A DNA stretch of 64,000 nucleotides from assembly GCF_000143415.4 (NCBI RefSeq), contig NW_003314274.1, positions 1,003,788 to 1,067,787 of the forward strand. Reading direction: 5' to 3'. A model generated the notes under the pieces. It was not told the origin of the DNA. It saw only the letters and a list, made by a program, of their open reading frames with translations, and made no database searches. Position numbers and translations under genes: made by a program. Origin of the DNA: Selaginella moellendorffii (taxonomy: Eukaryota > Plantae > Lycopodiophyta). Shown piece after piece: positions 23,808 to 35,527 of this stretch (position 1 is its first letter; the number at the start of each line of letters is the position of its first letter).

Positions 23808-24954
23808 TGTAGCGCACGTGGTTTTGACCCTTTATCCTATGGTGATTTACCATAGGATAACACCACGAAGCGGAACCTAAACCCTCTTTGTGCCACGTGA
23901 CAAATGCCACGTGTCACATACCACGTGTCCGTGCCACGTGTCCATAGGAACCTGAGGTTCAGGGCCTTGGGCCACTGAACGAAGGAACGGTGCCAAACTC
24001 CCAAGCGTGACGCCAAGGAGTGATGAAACCGGACCACGGAGCAACTCCCGAGCATATAGCCCAAGGAGCGAAGGGACAGGAGCCCGGAGCGACTTGGAAT
24101 AGTCCTGGAGCAACCAGCATACCAATGCCAGGACCAGCACGCAAAACGGAGCCAAACGGAGTCTGGCGCTATTTCGGCATACCGGTGGCCTAACGTGAGG
24201 ATATGGGTACTCCACCAACTAGCATGGAATGGAACTTGGGCTTAGACCCAAGCCGGACGCAGAACAAGGACAGACACGCAAGCGGGAGCTAGACTATGCC
24301 TCAGGTTGGTCGGCCATGCCCGACCTACCCACTATCCCTACTATACATTTGGAACCCCCCATAGCCCCCCCCCCCCTTGAGGAACACACGCTTTGGGCTT
24401 TCACCCCAAGCTTCCCTTAGTATCAGGAGTTAGTCTCTGGGACAAACTCAAAACTTACTAAATATGGAATGTCCTTAGATTGCGAATTTGGACACAGGAC
24501 GAACACCATTGTGTTCAGGCCAATCTCTACATTCCGTAGATATGCCAAATGAGCAAATCTAGACACTTTCCATAAATAGCATCTAGGACAATTTGAGACT
24601 AACACAAAGGGCATGATAGCGAGGGTGTTTGGCAGACACGGTAAGCTATCATGTAGCGATATTGAGGGACCAATCTCAATACGCGAGGGTTCTTGTCAAG
24701 CCAGTGCAAGACAGAGCAAAAGAGAACTAACAAGCCGGGCCGAATATGCTCAGCTAAATAGACACTTAGGAATTCCTTCCTTATGCTCATCCGGCCAAGT
24801 ACAGATGCAAAGTCCAGTTTACTAACACTTGAACAAGAGGGACTAATAAAGGGTCCAGCAATACCGACCTCCTGCCATCGTGGCAGTAAGGAAAGAGTGT
24901 CCGTAAGGACTGGTCGACAGGTAACTTTCGATACCCGAAGTCACATTCGCGACA
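23808..24954 (-). repeat. 5' LTR (1147 bp)
   Basis: Near-identical to 17686-18831. Adjacent PBS. Confidence 0.95.
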
Positions 24955-25235
24955 AATAGATCCATATGATATAATACTATAATTAGCATATTACCTTTTA
25001 TTTATTTATTTATTTTCTATATATATATTCTATTTTAAAAATATATATTATTGTTATCAAAATATCTAACCTATAAAAATAATATTATATTATATTTTTA
25101 AAAAAATAAAATATTAGATCTAAAAATATGGAAGGTTTACGGAAGACTATCAACAACTTCTATTCCAAATTTTGGGGATTCTACCTTAGGCTAACTTATG
25201 AGTGCTAGCTAGTGAGACTGTATATCACATTGTAT

Positions 25236-26733
25236 ATGGAGCCACTTTGGTTTTTTGTCTGCGCTCTGTTTGCTGGTGCCTATTCAAAAGTTTTCAAGGT
25301 ACCTGATGTTTAACGAACTAGTATACAGTTTTCCGTTTAATCTGGTTCCAGTTATCAAATGGAGACATTGTAAAATGCATCACAATACAAGATCAGCCTT
25401 CTTTGACAGATCCTTCTCCCATCCAGGTGAAAAAGACTTGGTCACTTTTACTGTTGTAGAGATCTCCCCTTGTCCAGATGGAACCATCTGTAGCGCACCA
25501 GCGTGCATTTGGAAATGCAACACAAAAGCCTTCGCTTGTTCAGATGTTTGCAAAAGAATTCGGATCATGTCCAATGGGCCAAATACCCATTCACCATGCC
25601 TCAAAACACAACTACAATCTTGGAACGAATGAGTTTATTATGAAGAAAGAAGCCGGGTATACAAAGAAATTTGCTACTCCACAGACATTAAGTGGCATAG
25701 AAACACATCAGGTTCTCTTGTCACAATGTTCTAAAATCTACAAAATATTGGCTGATCATATTCTTTGTAGCATGCTGCTCTGTATACTACGGGAAGCTTT
25801 CTAGGATTCTCCACAACCATCAACGTATGGCAACCGTACGTGGAGAAGGCCTCCGAGTTTAGCTTATCACAACTCTGGCTTATATCATCCAGAACAAGTC
25901 GAGGAATTCCACGAAACACTATTGAGGCCGGATGGCAAGTCTGTCTATGGTCTTCTTCCATCGTTAGGTCGTTATACAAGTTTTGTAGGTGTACCCAGCT
26001 CTATACGGTGGATACCAACCAAGACTTTTCGTCTATTGGACGGTAGGTTGATCTGTATTATTATATTCTTGTGGGTGATATCGAAATCTTAGGCGGATGG
26101 GTACAACAAAACTGGATGCTGCAACTTGAAATGCCCTGGATTTGTCCAAGTAAGCAACACAATCGTCCTGGAGGGAGTATTAGCTCAATCCACGTCCAAA
26201 TCTTCTCAACAAGAACTAGAGTTTCTCGTGTTCCAGGTAAGTTTAAAGTAAGATTATTTAGAAGCTAAAGATCGCATAAACTTTAGGACCAAAAAACAAA
26301 GAATTGGTGGCTGCGATTAGCTGGAACTTACGTGGGTTACTGGCGTGACTCGTTCTTGCAAGATTTTCGACTTGGTGCCACCGAAGTTGCAAGTGGTGGT
26401 GAGATTTACTACGACAAAGTGAGTGTCCCTCTCAAACTTTTTAGAGTCGATCGAATCTAATCTCTATCTATTCAGATGAATGGGGTCAGGCACACAAGAA
26501 CGCAAATGGGGAGTGGTCGATTTCCAAGCGCATCATTTCGATACGCAGCCTACCATCGGAAAATCCAGACTGTGAAGCAAGATTTTAAACTGTACGACGC
26601 CACGAGCCTGGGGCGATGGATTGTAGCAGCTCCTGGATGCTACAACGTTGGAGATCCAACTTACAACGATACGAACTGGGCAACTTTCTTCTTCTTTGGA
26701 GGGCCTGGATACAATCCAGCAAGTTGCCCATGA
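25236..26733 (+). CDS. Neprosin-family (DUF239/DUF4409) secreted peptidase, multi-exon
   Basis: Signal peptide MEPLWFFVCALFAGAYS. Motifs NGDIVKCITIQDQPS, EFSLSQLWLI, NTIEAGWQV, YPALYG..PRLFVYWT, GCCNLKCPGFVQV, HTRTQMGSGRFP and the C-terminus FFFGGPGYNPASCP. Confidence 0.9.
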
Positions 26734-26918
26734 AAAAACACAGTTCTATAAATGAGAATATTCCCCTGATAGTTTCAAACAATCGTCACCGTCGGTGGGT
26801 CAACGGCTGGATCCACTTTTCCTTGGGTTCTAGGGTTGCACGATTGGAGCGCAAACGAAGCTGCCGATCTCCTTGTTTGTGAGTCTTCTTGGAAGAGTTT
26901 CGGGCGATCTCGAAAGAA

Positions 26919-27341
26919 ATGCCGTCCATCCAGTACTCGGAGAAGTACTTCGACGACGTCTACGAGTATCGGTGAGTTCAGCTGTTGTGCTCGGAAAAAA
27001 TCATTTTTTTCTTCATCTGTGGTGGTTCTTTTCTTGGTTTTTCTTCCAGGCATGTCGTGCTGCCACCTGATGTTGCCAAGGCTCTTCCAAAGAACAAGCT
27101 TCTCACAGAGGTGTTTGCGTTCTTCTTCTTTGCATTTGTTTTTGCTTAACCCGCTTGTTTTCTCTCAAATTTCTAGAACGAATGGAGGACAATTGGAGTG
27201 CAGCAGTCTAGAGGCTGGGTTCACTACGCGATTCACAGACCGGAGCCGCACATCATGCTCTTTAGAAGGCCTCTAAATTACCAGCAGCAAAATCAGCAGC
27301 AGCCATCACAGATCCAAACGCAGCAGCAGCCGCAGCAGTAG
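26919..27341 (+). CDS. CKS1: Cyclin-dependent kinase regulatory subunit CKS1
   Basis: [18 protein letters not shown]|[20 protein letters not shown]|[38 protein letters not shown]; 3 exons and a poly-Q tail. Confidence 0.97.
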
Positions 27342-27895
27342 CAGCACAAGAATATATACACCCACAGGTTTGGAATTTATTTAAGCTATTTGTATTGTAG
27401 TGTAGCTGGCTTGTTTTAGTCCTTCTCTTCCTCGGAGATTTGCCTCCTGAGGAGAAAAACTAGAAAGAAAATCCAAGACTTGTGAAAGCGATATGGTATC
27501 AACTACAGCTCATTCATGTTTATGGAAATGCGTGTCCGAGCCCAATCAAAAGCACCAAATGCTTTTAGTGGGGCGAATGGTAAACCAGTCATATCATAGC
27601 AGCAGCACTACCAGGCAGTGCCCGAGAGAACATTGCAACTTGGAATCCATCCATGGTCAAAAAAGCTCTTTCCAGATAAAACTTCTCGCTTAGCAGGCCA
27701 CCTTTCTTCATTCCAAGCACTAGGAGAGATTTCAGCCATGGGGAAAGGAGGTGTTAATCATGGAAAAGATGCAAACCAACACACAAAAGTTTATTATATT
27801 GCCAAGCAGGATGTTTTACCATCTTTTGATAGAGGACATCACACACTTATTGTAATATTAGCCATCCTGGCCATTGCAACTTGGCTTGGTGTTCT

Positions 27896-28195
27896 TCACG
27901 GGAGCTCCTCGTCGGCAGCCACAACAAGAGGATAGCTATAGTTTGTAGCAGCCGTGATTTGGAACTCCGCTGCTGCGGCAGACCTCCAGCACGGGCCGGC
28001 GATGCAATTCCCTCGCCCGCAGTACGCTCGCCCGGTTCCACACCAGTTGAATCGACTGCAGCATCGACCGGGATTGCAGTACTGGCGACCCGCCGGGCTG
28101 CATGTTGGATCCGCGACGCTCAGCTCCACGGCAATGAACGCGAGCACGAGCATGAGCGCGAATGCGAGGGCCACACGGGAGATGGAAGCAGCCAT
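27896..28195 (-). CDS. 8-Cys hevein-like chitin-binding peptide precursor (ginkgotide-like)
   Basis: Signal peptide, mature domain DPTCSPAGRQYCNPGRCCSRFNWCGTGRAYCGRGNCIAGPCW, short C-tail. Intronless. Confidence 0.92.
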   Translation of the reverse strand: MAASISRVALAFALMLVLAFIAVELSVADPTCSPAGRQYCNPGRCCSRFNWCGTGRAYCGRGNCIAGPCWRSAAAAEFQITAATNYSYPLVVAADEELP

Positions 28196-28288
28196 TGATG
28201 AAAGTAGATTAAAGTTGCTCTTTGGTGACAAAGGAGAGAAGTTGTGGAAGCTTTGCTGCTAGATGGTTACAAATGGAGACGCCCTGCG

Positions 28289-28296
28289 TTTATATA
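28289..28296 (-). promoter_or_regulatory. TATA box of the hevein-like gene
   Basis: TATATAAA on the minus strand, ~95 bp upstream of the ATG. Confidence 0.6.
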
Positions 28297-31200
28297 GCTC
28301 GAGAGATTCTCTGCTTTGGGTTATTTTATTCACAGGTTGGATCGAGCACGCAGTTGAAAAGTAAAAACGAGATTCTTAATCACGGATTAGAAAACACGTG
28401 GGAATCCCAATGCACGACACGAAGAACAGTAAATATATGTTGATAATCAAGGAGATTTAAGTGGAAGAAAGAGAGCATTTGTAAAAATTGCCATGGATGG
28501 ATCACGAGAAACTTTGAGCGATGGGAGGGCAGCGCAAGAGCTGATCCCCAAGCAAGTTATGATGCCAGAGTGGGGAGCTCGTGTTTCAGTAATTCCAATG
28601 CTCAATGCACATGAGAAAACAACATGTTTTGTTTCAATTTCAAAACACGGATTTTTTAAAAGACCATCTTCTGGAGTTGAGTGTTCTTGAGGCCAGATTT
28701 GCTGCTGTGATATGTTACAGGATGACTTCAATGTACCCCCGTTTTAACTGCGATCTCGTAAGCCTCGAGCTTTGTAAACTTGGACTCCGAGCTTTGTCAC
28801 TCATGTGTTCTTTCAAAAACCTTTTTTTTTCTTCTCTTGGTTTCGATTCCCCCAAATGGTTGGAGTCATAAACAAAGTTTCCCAGGAATCCGATTTCAAG
28901 GAAGTTTGCTTGACCTGAGGGAGCACGGATGAATCCAGAGGTATAAGTTATGTTTTCCCGGGAGAGCCTCTGTACTTGAGCCTTGTATAGCGTATTTATT
29001 CGATCACGTGAGGTCATTGGGAGTATATTATTGTCAAAGGAGGCTCCTACACAGAATGGCGCATGAACTTCTTCAGAAAGTTGGGGGATTTCGGGGATTT
29101 TTTGCTTGGCACTCAAGGCGTTCTGTGAATCAAATCAAATCAATCACAGTCTGCTCTGCTCATCAGCACACGCAATGCATCAAAAAACTACATTAGAGCA
29201 AAAGATATTTGGTTTTGTTTCTGGAAGGAATTGCATATGTTTCGTCCTCCCCACAGAGCGACAAGTGTTTGTAGTCTGGATCATATCAGATGTAGGCATG
29301 CAAGCAACGCCAAAGATATTCCAGAGACAATATTGGTAAGTTTGTTTTGTAAGATAGAATAAGTTGATAATACCATAAGAAATAGAAAAAACTTTGAAAA
29401 AAGTGTACAAACAATGCCCAAAAACTGCTTTGCCTTCCTGTCAATCAGAAAAAATATATATATATCTCCCATAGTAGCCGCATTGCACGATGGAAAAAGT
29501 TGGCTGTAGGTTTTTGATTGAAGACCAACTATTCCTTGTCCTCATGAAAAACAAATATTAGAAAATGCAAATAAAATAAGCCGAATAGTTTGTTGCTGGT
29601 CATGACTTTCATGTACACAGCTTTTTCTTCCTGTACAAATTGAGCTGGAGAATGATAGATAGAGAAATAGATAATGGAGTCCCTGCTGAGTTCCTGACCC
29701 TCTCCCAGGAAACTGTCCAGACCACTGCCACCAGTGCAGCCACAGCTGGTTGGAAAACAATGTTATCATAATACCATACTCCCTATAGCAAGTAGCATGT
29801 ACTTGTAGCATCAGCTCTAGCCCTGATCTTGGAGTAAAGGCCACTTTTCCTCTCCTCTGAGTTCACTTGTGATGCTGAACTCCATGTCAAGCCAGGCTTT
29901 GTGATGACAAAACACTCGTGAATGGAACTCATGTCATTCTCTAGGCTAACTCTGTATCCTGTTACCGCTTTGTATGTTACGCTCTTCCCTGGGATGATTC
30001 CTTTCATCGCGCGAAGTGCCACACAACATGTTACAGTCCTAGGGGTCGTGTACTTTCGCGAAAATAACGAAAGGCAGTGCCAGTCTAGCGAGCCAGCCAG
30101 CAGCAGTAGCAGCGCCAGCCTCAAAAGAATGAGAAGACAAACAAAAGTTCAACATTTTGTTCTAGTCCTGAGTACAGGAATTGAAAGAAGTTGAGTGAGA
30201 CAACAAACTGTTGAAACTTCATCACTTTCACCAAGGCAGCGGGAGGTTGCTGTATTATTGTATACAGGTCTCTGTATAGAGGCTTCTCGTATAGCGATAG
30301 TATGGCATTTTACAGCTTCACAAACCCAAAGACGTATTTTCATAAAATATAAAACTGAGATGTCCGATGTTCTGCATTCTGTCGTCATCTTGTCCAGTGC
30401 AATAAAAAACATACTTTAAAAGTTTTTAAAAAAAAGAGAAGAAAATTGAAAAGAAGAAGAACCATGGGGCCAGCGCCACCTTTTTGTTTACACTAAAGGT
30501 TTAAAGGAGATCTGTTATGTTAAATTACACACCCCAGCCATGCGTGGAATATGCCCCTGTTCGCCCTTTTGTTGCTTGCGAATAATTTCTTTGTTTGACT
30601 CTTTTGCGGAGCATGAGAGTGCGCTGTTTGGCATGACATTTCCTCAGCCCAGAATGAATTCCTTGTCATGGGCAGCAGCAGCCAGAAAAAGAGCAGCAGC
30701 AGCGAATCTTGGTGAAATTCCTCGCACGAATCGATCGATCCATCCATCCCATTCCATTCCATTCCATTCGGCATTCCATTCTCCTAAAGCGATCTCTCGC
30801 CTCTCTCGTGTGGGTGCCATTTCTGCGTGACAGCGAGCTTGTAAAAAATCTCTTTGTTTTTTCTAGTTTGCGATGGGCTTGTTCTTCGTGACGCGCCCGC
30901 CGGGGGTGGTGTGAGAGAGGAATGGCGATGGTGTCTCGAGCAATGCGAGAAATGCGAGAGTCTTGGATCGCGCAAGGGAGAGAAAGTAGATCATTGTTTC
31001 GTGATCTTCAGGTTGGCGGGTGATACGCTCTTTGGATCCACCGTAACGGCGTGATTTCTCTCCTTTTCTTTTTCACCCCTGGGATCTCTACTTCTCGATC
31101 AAGCTCTAGTTTTTTCTTTTTCCTCGCTTTCGATCGCGCGAGTAGCCGCCAAAGGAAGAACAGTTTGGCCGAAATCTTGTGGTTTGTCCTCCTTGGTACG

Positions 31201-31311
31201 TTAGAAACAGTCGCGGCGAGGAAAGAAAAGGAAAAGAATGGGCAAAGAAAGAATCGGCTGATCACACAGGAGGGAGGGAAGAGAAAAGAATTGTGGCTCC
31301 AGCTCGCGACC

Positions 31312-34300
31312 ATGATCGCGAATTTCATCGCCATTCTTGTCACTGGGCTGTGGATTTCGACGAGCAGCGGGGCGAGCGTGAATCCTCTCCTGGATTTCCG
31401 AAGTGGGCTCACCAATTCCCAGGCTCTGGGCGACTGGATCATCGGTTCGTCGCCATGCGGCGCCAAGAAATGGACAGGGATCTCGTGCGCGTCCACGGGG
31501 GCAATCGTGGCCATCTCGCTCAGCGGCCTGGAGCTGCAAGGCCCAATCTCCGCCGCCACCGCGCTGCTAGGGCTCCCGGCGCTCGAGGAGCTCGATCTCA
31601 GCAGCAACGCCCTCTCGGGCGAGATCCCTCCACAGCTCTGGCAGCTGCCCAAGATCAAGCGCCTGGATCTCAGCCACAATCTCCTCCAAGGCGCCAGCTT
31701 TGATCGGTTCGTCTCTCCACCGCCCCAAAATCTCGAGGAGCTCAATCTCGCCTCGAATTCTCTCACGGGGAGGATCGACCTTTGCGCGCTGTTGGGTGGG
31801 CAGCTCAGGAAGCTCGATCTCTCCGCGAATTTCTTCTCGAGTCTCGACCAGCAGCCGTGCGCTGGGCAGGATCAGCGCCTAGAGGAGCTTGTTCTTGGCG
31901 GAAACAGTCTCTTCGGCTACATCCCTCCATCGATCTTCTCCCTAGCGGCGCTGCGGCAGCTGGATTTGAGCAGCAATCTCTTGTTCGGCACCATCCCAGC
32001 GTCCAATCTCTCGCGCTCGCTCCAGATCCTCGACCTCGCCAACAATTCCCTCACTGGCGAGATCCCGCCCAGCATCGGTGATCTCTCCAACCTCACCGAG
32101 CTCTCGCTCGGCCTCAACTCTGCGCTGCTCGGTTCCATCCCGCCCTCCATCGGGAAACTCTCCAAGCTCGAGATCCTCTACGCCGCCAACTGCAAGCTCG
32201 CAGGTCCCATCCCTCACTCCCTCCCGCCATCGCTCCGCAAGCTTGATCTCTCCAACAATCCCCTCCAATCGCCCATCCCGGATTCTATCGGTGATCTCTC
32301 CCGGATCCAATCCATCAGCATTGCGTCCGCGCAGCTCAATGGATCCATCCCGGGGTCGCTCGGGCGGTGCTCCAGCCTCGAGCTCCTCAATCTGGCCTTC
32401 AATCAGCTCTCCGGGCCTCTCCCTGACGATCTCGCGGCGCTGGAAAAGATCATCACGTTCTCGGTAGTGGGGAATTCGCTCTCGGGACCAATCCCGCGCT
32501 GGATCGGGCAGTGGCAGCTCGCGGACTCCATACTGCTCTCCACGAACTCGTTCTCGGGCAGTATACCGCCGGAGCTCGGGCAGTGCCGCGCGGTAACAGA
32601 CCTGGGCCTGGATAACAACCAGCTCACCGGCAGCATACCGCCCGAGCTGTGCGACGCCGGTCTCCTCTCTCAGTTGACCCTTGACCACAACACGTTGACC
32701 GGGTCCCTGGCAGGCGGTACGCTGCGGCGGTGCGGCAATCTCACGCAGCTCGACGTCACCGGCAACCGGCTCACGGGTGAAATCCCGCGGTACTTCTCGG
32801 ATCTCCCCAAGCTCGTGATCTTGGACATCAGCACGAATTTCTTCATGGGATCCATCCCCGACGAGCTGTGGCACGCGACGCAGCTCATGGAGATCTACGC
32901 GAGCGACAATCTTCTCGAGGGTGGGCTGAGCCCGCTGGTGGGAAGGATGGAGAATTTGCAGCACTTGTACCTGGATCGCAACCGGCTCAGCGGTCCGCTG
33001 CCCAGCGAGCTCGGACTTCTCAAGAGCTTGACGGTGCTCTCTCTGGCTGGGAATGCATTCGATGGGGTGATTCCACGAGAGATCTTTGGTGGTACCACTG
33101 GGTTGACGACGCTGGATCTCGGTGGCAATCGCCTGGGCGGTGCCATACCGCCCGAGATCGGTAAGCTGGTCGGGCTGGACTGCCTGGTTCTCTCGCACAA
33201 CCGGCTCTCGGGGCAAATTCCAGCCGAGGTGGCGAGCTTGTTTCAGATCGCAGTGCCGCCCGAGTCGGGCTTCGTCCAGCATCACGGGGTTTTGGATCTG
33301 TCACACAACTCGCTCACGGGTCCCATTCCTTCCGGGATCGGCCAGTGCTCGGTGCTCGTGGAGCTCGATCTCTCCAACAATTTGCTCCAGGGGAGGATAC
33401 CGCCCGAGATATCTTTGCTCGCCAACCTCACCACCTTGGATCTCTCGAGCAACATGCTCCAGGGGAGGATTCCCTGGCAGCTCGGGGAGAACTCCAAGCT
33501 CCAGGGGCTCAACCTCGGGTTTAACAGGTTGACGGGGCAAATACCACCCGAGCTGGGCAACTTGGAGAGGCTGGTCAAGCTCAACATCTCGGGCAATGCT
33601 CTCACGGGATCCATCCCGGATCATCTCGGGCAGCTCTCAGGATTGAGTCACCTCGACGCCAGCGGCAATGGGCTCACTGGATCGCTCCCGGATTCCTTCT
33701 CCGGATTGGTTTCCATCGTGGGCTTGTTCCTCCAGAAGAACTCTCTCAGCGGGAGCATCGATCGGCTGCTTAGAAACAGCTTGCAGTGGCATCAGGCGCA
33801 GGCTCTCAATCTCAGCTACAATGCCCTGACCGGGGATATCCCGAGAAGCATTGGAAACTTGACGGGTCTCTCGTTCCTCGACTTGAGCAAGAACTCGTTG
33901 ACTGGCGAGATTCCAAGCGAGATTGGAGGCATCTTGCAGCTGAGCTACCTGGATCTGTCTGTGAACAAGCTCGTCGGGGGTATACCAGGTAGTCTCTGCG
34001 AGTTAACCGAGCTCGGCTTCTTCAACGTCTCGGACAATGGGTTAACGGGTGATATACCCCAGGAGGGCATATGCAAGAACTTCTCGCGGCTCTCGTATGG
34101 CGGCAATCGAGGGTTGTGTGGATTGGCGGTGGGAGTGAGCTGTGGAGCGCTTGATGATCTTCGCGGCAATGGCGGCCAACCCGTGCTTCTCAAACCGGGT
34201 GCCATTTGGGCGATCACCATGGCCAGCACGGTTGCGTTCTTTTGCATCGTGTTTGCGGCGATCCGGTGGAGGATGATGCGGCAGCAGTCGGAAGCGCTGC

Positions 34301-35442
34301 TGGGCGAGAAGATCAAGCTCAACAGCGGCAACCACAACAGCCATGGATCGACGTCGAGCTCGTCGCCATTCTCGTCCGATCGCGGCGGCTCAAGCTCCTC
34401 CAGCGGGTTGAGCTGCCTCAAGAGCGTGATATCGGGTACCGCGGCCAGCACCCGGATGATCACGAGCTCGGACGGCAGTAACACCGATGTGTCCCAGGAG
34501 CCACTGAGCATCAACGTCGCCATGTTTGAGAGACCGCTGCTCAAGCTCACGCTGTCCGACATCGTGACCGCGACCAACGGCTTCTCAAAGGCCAACGTGA
34601 TCGGGGACGGCGGGTACGGCACGGTGTACCGCGCGGTATTGCCCGACGGCCGCACGGTGGCGGTCAAGAAGCTGGCGCCGGTCCGGGACTACCGCGCGGT
34701 AAGGAGCGGTAGCAGCTGCCGCGAGTTCCTGGCCGAGATGGAGACGCTGGGTAAGGTAAAGCACCGTAACTTGGTAACTCTGCTGGGTTACTGCTCGTAC
34801 GGCGAGGAGCGGCTGCTGGTGTACGACTACATGGTCAACGGTAGCCTTGACGTGTGGCTCCGGAATCGAACCGACGCGCTGGAGGCCCTGACGTGGGACC
34901 GCCGGCTGCGCATCGCGGTAGGCGCGGCACGTGGTCTGGCGTTTCTCCACCATGGGATCGTGCCACATGTCATCCATCGCGACGTCAAGGCGAGCAACAT
35001 TCTCCTGGACGCCGACTTCGAGCCACGTGTCGCGGACTTTGGGCTGGCGCGGCTGATCTCGGCGTACGACACGCACGTCAGCACGGACATCGCCGGGACT
35101 TTCGGGTATATCCCGCCCGAGTACGGCATGACGTGGCGTGCTACGTCAAAGGGTGACGTCTACAGCTATGGCGTCATCTTGCTGGAGCTGGTGACGGGGA
35201 AGGAGCCGACTGGGCCGGACTTCAAGGACACTGAGATTGGTAACTTGGTGGGTTGGGTGAGGTCCATGGTACGGCAGGGTAAAAGTGACGAGGTACTCGA
35301 CGTGGCGGTGGCTACGCGCGCCACGTGGAGGTCCTGCATGCACCAGGTCCTCCATATTGCGATGGTGTGTACGGCGGATGAGCCCATGAAGCGCCCGCCC
35401 ATGATGGAAGTTGTACGTCAGCTCAAGGAGTTAGAGCTATAG
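31312..35442 (+). CDS. EMS1: LRR receptor-like kinase EMS1/EXS ortholog (single ORF)
   Basis: Signal peptide, about 30 LRRs, EMS1-type island segment FQIAVPPESGFVQHHGVLDLSHN, TM helix, juxtamembrane EPLSINVAMFERPLLKLTLSDI and a full kinase domain (HRDVKASN, DFG, GTFGYIPPEYG). Confidence 0.93.
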   Translation: MIANFIAILVTGLWISTSSGASVNPLLDFRSGLTNSQALGDWIIGSSPCGAKKWTGISCASTGAIVAISLSGLELQGPISAATALLGLPALEELDLSSNALSGEIPPQLWQLPKIKRLDLSHNLLQGASFDRFVSPPPQNLEELNLASNSLTGRIDLCALLGGQLRKLDLSANFFSSLDQQPCAGQDQRLEELVLGGNSLFGYIPPSIFSLAALRQLDLSSNLLFGTIPASNLSRSLQILDLANNSLTGEIPPSIGDLSNLTELSLGLNSALLGSIPPSIGKLSKLEILYAANCKLAGPIPHSLPPSLRKLDLSNNPLQSPIPDSIGDLSRIQSISIASAQLNGSIPGSLGRCSSLELLNLAFNQLSGPLPDDLAALEKIITFSVVGNSLSGPIPRWIGQWQLADSILLSTNSFSGSIPPELGQCRAVTDLGLDNNQLTGSIPPELCDAGLLSQLTLDHNTLTGSLAGGTLRRCGNLTQLDVTGNRLTGEIPRYFSDLPKLVILDISTNFFMGSIPDELWHATQLMEIYASDNLLEGGLSPLVGRMENLQHLYLDRNRLSGPLPSELGLLKSLTVLSLAGNAFDGVIPREIFGGTTGLTTLDLGGNRLGGAIPPEIGKLVGLDCLVLSHNRLSGQIPAEVASLFQIAVPPESGFVQHHGVLDLSHNSLTGPIPSGIGQCSVLVELDLSNNLLQGRIPPEISLLANLTTLDLSSNMLQGRIPWQLGENSKLQGLNLGFNRLTGQIPPELGNLERLVKLNISGNALTGSIPDHLGQLSGLSHLDASGNGLTGSLPDSFSGLVSIVGLFLQKNSLSGSIDRLLRNSLQWHQAQALNLSYNALTGDIPRSIGNLTGLSFLDLSKNSLTGEIPSEIGGILQLSYLDLSVNKLVGGIPGSLCELTELGFFNVSDNGLTGDIPQEGICKNFSRLSYGGNRGLCGLAVGVSCGALDDLRGNGGQPVLLKPGAIWAITMASTVAFFCIVFAAIRWRMMRQQSEALLGEKIKLNSGNHNSHGSTSSSSPFSSDRGGSSSSSGLSCLKSVISGTAASTRMITSSDGSNTDVSQEPLSINVAMFERPLLKLTLSDIVTATNGFSKANVIGDGGYGTVYRAVLPDGRTVAVKKLAPVRDYRAVRSGSSCREFLAEMETLGKVKHRNLVTLLGYCSYGEERLLVYDYMVNGSLDVWLRNRTDALEALTWDRRLRIAVGAARGLAFLHHGIVPHVIHRDVKASNILLDADFEPRVADFGLARLISAYDTHVSTDIAGTFGYIPPEYGMTWRATSKGDVYSYGVILLELVTGKEPTGPDFKDTEIGNLVGWVRSMVRQGKSDEVLDVAVATRATWRSCMHQVLHIAMVCTADEPMKRPPMMEVVRQLKELEL

Positions 35443-35527
35443 TGAATGTAACAATGGTAAAGTTAATCTTTTGTAAGTCCAGATTATATCAAAATGGTTA
35501 AAACAGGATTTTAGGGTTCTTGCGAGA

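Larger units (their letters stand above)
17686..24954 (-). mobile_element. Full-length non-autonomous LTR retrotransposon (LARD-like, chromovirus-related), 7269 bp
   Basis: TG...CA LTRs at 17686-18831 and 23808-24954, about 99% identical. 5-bp TSD AATAG at 17681-17685 and 24955-24959. PBS and PPT on the minus strand. No long internal ORF. Confidence 0.96.

Noticed and set aside
17715-24825. Duplicated small ORFs at 17.7-18.7 kb and 23.8-24.8 kb
   Set aside because: They repeat only because they lie in the two LTRs, and they have no protein features.
31051-31311. 87-aa N-terminal extension of EMS1 in the ORF track
   Set aside because: It starts at GTG, is low-complexity UTR-like sequence, and the signal peptide begins at ATG 31312.
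31942-34667. Long antisense ORFs (447 aa, 240 aa) within EMS1
   Set aside because: Expected by-product of GC3-rich LRR coding sequence.
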